Shown here in pieces: positions 6,697-10,298 of a DNA stretch of 10,298 bases. This stretch comes from Oligoflexia bacterium. GTDB lineage: Bacteria > Bdellovibrionota > Bdellovibrionia > JABDDW01. The notes under the pieces were generated by a model. The model was not told the DNA's origin and made no database searches. It saw only the letters and a list, made by a program, of their open reading frames with translations. Every line of letters begins with the position of its first letter. Positions within the stretch are counted from its first letter, which is position 1. The stretch spans positions 1 through 10,298 of the forward strand of contig JAYTHU010000174.1 in the NCBI GenBank assembly GCA_043732305.1, written 5' to 3'. A program made the position numbers and the translations under genes.

Positions 6697-6724
6697 CTAT
6701 AGGAAGGTAGGGGGAAACTATTAA

Positions 6725-7186
6725 ATGATACAAAGAATCTTCAGCCTATCGGGACTCACTTTCGCCTTCGCATTGATCTTCATCGTGATTAATCCTGAGA
6801 TGAGAAGTCATGCTCGATCAGTTTTCATTCCCAACACTCGAGTGATTTTGGCTCTCGCGAAAGCTCCACTCGATGATTCCGGCGAAGATCTCCAGATACT
6901 CAAAGTCAAAAATGAACAAGGTTTGTTTATTGAAGTTTATGGTCAGGAAAAAATCGGAAATATGATGTTCCCTAAACTTTTGGCTTCGGCCAAAATGCCC
7001 GATAAAAAAGACGGCTATTTCACTTACAATGGTCAGGTCACTAATATGGCGATAGATAAGATCAACAATGATACCCAACGCGAAATCTTAGTGACTTCGT
7101 ATGATGAAAACATGGTTGCTCATCTCAATGTTTATAAATACATCAAAGGACAGCGCGATCTCACACTCGTCAAACTCGCTGATTAA
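6725..7186 (+). CDS. Hypothetical protein with N-terminal membrane anchor and beta-rich extracytoplasmic domain containing one FG-GAP/VCBS-like loop
   Basis: Hydrophobic LSGLTFAFALIFIVI near the N-terminus; AIDKINNDTQREILV resembles the D-x-N/D-x-D-G-x-x-E-I loop. Has an RBS and ATG start. Confidence 0.75.
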   Translation: MIQRIFSLSGLTFAFALIFIVINPEMRSHARSVFIPNTRVILALAKAPLDDSGEDLQILKVKNEQGLFIEVYGQEKIGNMMFPKLLASAKMPDKKDGYFTYNGQVTNMAIDKINNDTQREILVTSYDENMVAHLNVYKYIKGQRDLTLVKLAD

Positions 7187-7238
7187 TTTAAGGTTATGAC
7201 AGATTTCACAAAATAATATAAAAACAACGTGGGTCTTC

Positions 7239-7267
7239 TTGACCTCATGCTAGCTGGTGATTAACCT
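7239..7267 (+). promoter_or_regulatory. Putative sigma70-type promoter
   Basis: TTGACC (7239-7244), 17 nt, TAACCT (7262-7267), with an A-rich tract upstream (about 7208-7226). RBS AGGGGGA (7274-7280) precedes ATG 7288. Confidence 0.6.
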
Positions 7268-7276
7268 ACTAGTAGG
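7265..7276. repeat. Perfect 12-bp palindrome CCTACTAGTAGG, candidate operator
   Basis: Read directly from the sequence. It overlaps the -10 element, the predicted +1 and the start of the RBS. Confidence 0.55.
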
Positions 7277-7287
7277 GGGAACTAAAA

Positions 7288-7992
7288 ATGAAATTTATAC
7301 TAGCGCCATTGATGGTGCTTTTCAGCTTTACCGCCGCGCATGCTGCGTTGAAGTATGATAAAGCAGTCCCATCAGAAATCGTCCAACAATTCCAATCGGA
7401 TTTAACTTTTGTAAGCAGTATTCAAGGAAGTTCGACTTCATCATTGCATCAACGTGTTTTCGGCTCAGTCAGCGGATCTTCGTATATGAAATTTTTTAAC
7501 GCGCGAATCAATATGATCGGTTTAAACAATTGCGGTGGTGGCGGAGCGGTGGCTTGCTTCATTCCTTCCACCGGCCGAACAATGTGGCTGACATCTCGTT
7601 ACACAGGAATCAGTCATCCTCAAATTGCGAGGCTCATGGTCATTTTTCATGAAGCTAGACATGCTGAATATTTAAAATTGGCTTGGGCTCATGCGACGTG
7701 TCCTACTCCATTTTTAGATACAGATGGAAAACCAATGCTAAGCATTTGGACTGGCGCATCTCTTGCGGGAGAACCAGCCTGCGACAAAACTCCCATTGGT
7801 TCTTACGGCTCTTCGATGATTATGTTGAAAAATATTTCCGAAAATTGTTCCAATTGTACTGACAAAGTCAAAATGGATGCGGGAATTTTTGCAGATGATC
7901 AACTCAAAAGAATTATTGATCCGCAATCAATAGCTGCAATCAAAAATGACTTGTATCAAGGAGTCAAAACAACACACCACATTTTAAACTGA
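7288..7992 (+). CDS. Secreted hypothetical protein with HExxH motif (putative zincin-like metallopeptidase), six Cys
   Basis: Sec signal peptide MKFILAPLMVLFSFTAAHA with an AxA cleavage site. RLMVIFHEARH (HEARH at 7648-7662) with a further His ten residues after the second His. Strong RBS. Confidence 0.75.
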   Translation: MKFILAPLMVLFSFTAAHAALKYDKAVPSEIVQQFQSDLTFVSSIQGSSTSSLHQRVFGSVSGSSYMKFFNARINMIGLNNCGGGGAVACFIPSTGRTMWLTSRYTGISHPQIARLMVIFHEARHAEYLKLAWAHATCPTPFLDTDGKPMLSIWTGASLAGEPACDKTPIGSYGSSMIMLKNISENCSNCTDKVKMDAGIFADDQLKRIIDPQSIAAIKNDLYQGVKTTHHILN

Positions 7993-7994
7993 AG

Positions 7995-8702
7995 ATGAAA
8001 AAGCTTAATCTTTTTTTCGTCCTCATTTTGTGTCTCTCGGTGGCCGGGTTTATGCTTATGAAAGATAGACCCGCACACACTCCAGCTGAAAACAACACGG
8101 AAAATCAAAATACAGTCGAAGACACCCCTGCGCGAGCGACGTCTTCTGAATCTCCGGCGGTACCATTGTCAAAGCCCGATGGCAAACCTGAAGCGAAAAC
8201 CGCAGAAAAAACTGAAGAGAAAATTGCGGTTTTAGATCAGATCATTCATTCGGGAAATGATAATGATCCCAGGCTGGATCAGGTTTTTAAAAATCTAAAT
8301 GACGGAGACAAACGGGCATTCGAGAAACAATATGCTGAACATAAACGTGAAGAACTCAATGCACGTGGGACGATCGTTTATCTTTTGGGCAAAAATATAG
8401 CGGACCTCAATGATCTCTCGTTTTTAGAGAACGTCACTCGTGAAAAACCTTGCTCGACTATAACTAATTGCGATGATGCTTACCACTCGGATGCTTCAGA
8501 TCATTCGGGGGTAAACGACATCACTTTGGCTTATCCGCAGATCATGGCTTTAAAATCGCTGGAAAAGTTCATTCAATCCGAACCAAATGACGGCGATCTG
8601 AAACAAACAGCATATCAAATATTGGCCGATGCGGCTAAATCAGATCATGAAAAAGTTAAAGATTTTGCTTTAGGTATTCTAGCAGCACTTCAAGCGCATT
8701 AA
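7995..8702 (+). CDS. Hypothetical membrane-anchored extracytoplasmic protein with P/E/T/K-rich linker and helical (HEAT-like) C-terminal domain
   Basis: MKKLNLFFVLILCLSVAGFMLM anchor, then a low-complexity linker of about 50 aa, then amphipathic helices with a C-x4-C pair. Starts 2 nt after the upstream stop. Confidence 0.75.
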   Translation: MKKLNLFFVLILCLSVAGFMLMKDRPAHTPAENNTENQNTVEDTPARATSSESPAVPLSKPDGKPEAKTAEKTEEKIAVLDQIIHSGNDNDPRLDQVFKNLNDGDKRAFEKQYAEHKREELNARGTIVYLLGKNIADLNDLSFLENVTREKPCSTITNCDDAYHSDASDHSGVNDITLAYPQIMALKSLEKFIQSEPNDGDLKQTAYQILADAAKSDHEKVKDFALGILAALQAH

Positions 8703-8704
8703 AA

Positions 8705-9805
8705 TTAAAGAGATTTTTTAGCCTTCGCCGCTTCTTTTTCAGCGATACGGGCTTTTTCTTTTTCTGCAGCTAACTCTTTAGTCAACTCTCTCCAACTATG
8801 ATTTGCACGCGCTTTTGGATCTCGCTGAAATCTTTGAACGGCCTTGTTATGTTCTTGGATAGTACTGCTGAAATAATGTGTTCCATTATTTTTACTCACA
8901 AAAAATAGATAAGTTGAAACTGTTGGCTCAAGCGCCGCAATCATGGAATCTCGACCTGGATTGGAAATGGGCCCAACGGGCAAAGCCTTGATTGTATAGG
9001 TATTGTAAGGAGAATAAGTGTGCAGATCAGCTTTCGTGATATTTGTTTTATCGCCGATTTTTCCATAGATAACTGTCGGATCACTTTGTAAGGGCATGCC
9101 TTTTTTCAATCGATTGTGAAACACTCCGGAAATAATCGGACGCTCTTGAGGAGCCCCGGTTTCTTTTTCAATCACACTCGCAAGTGTGACAACTTCGTGC
9201 ATAGACATCTTTTGTTTTTCAGCACCAAATTTAATTTCCCGATTATAAACTTCTTTGAAGTGATCCACCATTGTTTTTAGAATCACGCGTTCGCCGGTAA
9301 AGCGAGTGAAGCTGTAAGTGTCGGGATACAAATACCCCTCAAGTGTTTTTTCATCCACACCAAGCAAATGAGCCATTCGGGGATCTCGTGCAAGCTTCAA
9401 AAATTCTGATTTCTTGACCAAGTTTTTATCACCAAGCTCTTCCGCGATCTGATCAATATTAAAACCTTCGGGGATAGAAACTGGATGTAAAACACTTTTA
9501 CCTGAACTGATAACACCCAAAAGTTCTGCCGGAGACATGTTTCCTCGAACTTCATATTCGCCCACGCGGACGCTAGAAGTTTTTCTTAAAATTCGCGCAA
9601 GTAAAATGAATCTTTTTGCGTCTTTTAGCAATCCTTGCGCTTGAAGAAATTCTGCCGTTTTAGTGAATGAGCCAGGCTCAATCATTAAAATTTTTGAAGT
9701 TTGATCACCATCATTAGGAGTGAAATAAAACCTCGCGTTTGAGAGGAACTCATACGTAAGCCCTAAACCAGCAAACAGAGCAATGATGATAAAAACTTTT
9801 TTCAT
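8705..9805 (-). CDS. mltG: Endolytic transglycosylase MltG (YceG)
   Basis: N-terminal TM, GEY, IPEG, EGYLYPDTY, LASVIEKET with the catalytic Glu, NRLKKGMPLQSDPTVIY, SPYNTY, LPVGPISNPG and YLFFV. Confidence 0.96.
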   Translation of the reverse strand: MKKVFIIIALFAGLGLTYEFLSNARFYFTPNDGDQTSKILMIEPGSFTKTAEFLQAQGLLKDAKRFILLARILRKTSSVRVGEYEVRGNMSPAELLGVISSGKSVLHPVSIPEGFNIDQIAEELGDKNLVKKSEFLKLARDPRMAHLLGVDEKTLEGYLYPDTYSFTRFTGERVILKTMVDHFKEVYNREIKFGAEKQKMSMHEVVTLASVIEKETGAPQERPIISGVFHNRLKKGMPLQSDPTVIYGKIGDKTNITKADLHTYSPYNTYTIKALPVGPISNPGRDSMIAALEPTVSTYLFFVSKNNGTHYFSSTIQEHNKAVQRFQRDPKARANHSWRELTKELAAEKEKARIAEKEAAKAKKSL

Positions 9806-10296
9806 AAAGTCATCCCTGGAAACATTTTTGTCCTATCAAAAGGTGACGAGTCTTCAAGACTAGCCACCGGATAAGTCGTAGTATAAATAGCAAAGGTTCC
9901 GGAAGGTTCGTTGTTTCCCGATTTCCCCATTCCGCCAAAGGGCAAACGCGAACTTGCTCCAACGGTGGACTTATTCCAATTCACAACCCCTTGCCGAGAG
10001 TTACTGAAACACTTTTCAAATATTTTACGATCTTTAGAGAAAATAGAAAAGGCCAGTCCGTAACTTGAAGAGTTCAGGATTTGCAGAGCCTCTTCCAGCT
10101 CCTCAACCACATAGACTGCTACGTTAGGACCAAAGACTTCGGTTTTTTGGTAGACGCTTTCAGAATCATGCTTTCGTACTAAATGAATACTGGGCGTGAC
10201 AAAATGACCTGGAGTTGCAAGATCCAGAGCTTTTCCACGCATGATAGTTTCCGTGTTCTCTCTCTGAGCAATATTTTGAAAACGCAAGTACCTGTC
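9802..10296 (-). CDS. astD: Aldehyde dehydrogenase, succinylglutamate-semialdehyde dehydrogenase (AstD)-like; C-terminal part only, truncated by the window edge
   Basis: EVFGP, YGLA and NWNKSTVGASSRLPFGGMGKSGN; the NWN..GAS..PFGG.G.SGN pattern is characteristic of AstD. The frame is open to the window end (DRYLRFQ..), so TTG 10287 is not the true start. Confidence 0.72.
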   Translation of the reverse strand, partial: DRYLRFQNIAQRENTETIMRGKALDLATPGHFVTPSIHLVRKHDSESVYQKTEVFGPNVAVYVVEELEEALQILNSSSYGLAFSIFSKDRKIFEKCFSNSRQGVVNWNKSTVGASSRLPFGGMGKSGNNEPSGTFAIYTTTYPVASLEDSSPFDRTKMFPGMTL

Positions 10297-10298
10297 TT

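Noticed and set aside
6536..6724. Cobalamin riboswitch or sRNA upstream of cobO
   Set aside because: No recognisable B12-box or conserved core by eye, and the space is accounted for by promoter elements. An Rfam scan would be decisive.
6998..7006. GCCCGATAA as a second sigma28 -10
   Set aside because: Inside a CDS, imperfect, and with no TAAA-like -35 at the correct spacing.
5052..7926. Alternative ORFs 5052-5240(+), 6069-6314(+), 6818-7078(-) and 7738-7926(-)
   Set aside because: Nested in or antisense to better-supported CDSs, with no recognisable features.
7995..8060. Lipoprotein signal in the 235-aa protein
   Set aside because: The Cys sits mid-hydrophobic segment (LILC) without an L-A/S-G/A-C lipobox; more likely an uncleaved anchor.
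1..10298. CRISPR array, IS/transposase, integrase, prophage, tRNA/rRNA or defence system
   Set aside because: No repeat-spacer periodicity, terminal repeats or such protein motifs were seen, and the intergenic gaps are short and explained by promoter elements.

Overview
Gene-dense bacterial chromosomal window, AT-leaning, with no mobile element, CRISPR array, tRNA or rRNA seen. Gene content and style suggest a Bdellovibrionota or deltaproteobacteria-like organism (inference). The plus strand from 1 to 5419 carries a 5'-truncated three-PDZ rseP, tsaB, a FlhG/FleN/MinD-like ATPase preceded by a near-consensus sigma28 (FliA) promoter, an HPD-less J-like domain fused to a RodZ-type HTH, rluD and pgeF. 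A convergent minus-strand pair encodes CobO/BtuR adenosyltransferase and a nitroreductase-family protein. A divergent intergenic region has a full sigma54 layout (inverted-repeat enhancer, IHF-like site, -24/-12) in front of an unknown membrane-anchored protein. Next is a sigma70-type promoter with a perfect palindrome in front of a secreted HExxH protein and a membrane-anchored partner. The window ends on the minus strand with mltG and a truncated AstD-like aldehyde dehydrogenase. The best candidates for undescribed systems are (1) the sigma28-controlled ATPase plus pseudo-J/RodZ-HTH module, (2) the secreted zincin-like protein plus anchored partner, and (3) the sigma54-controlled orphan gene.
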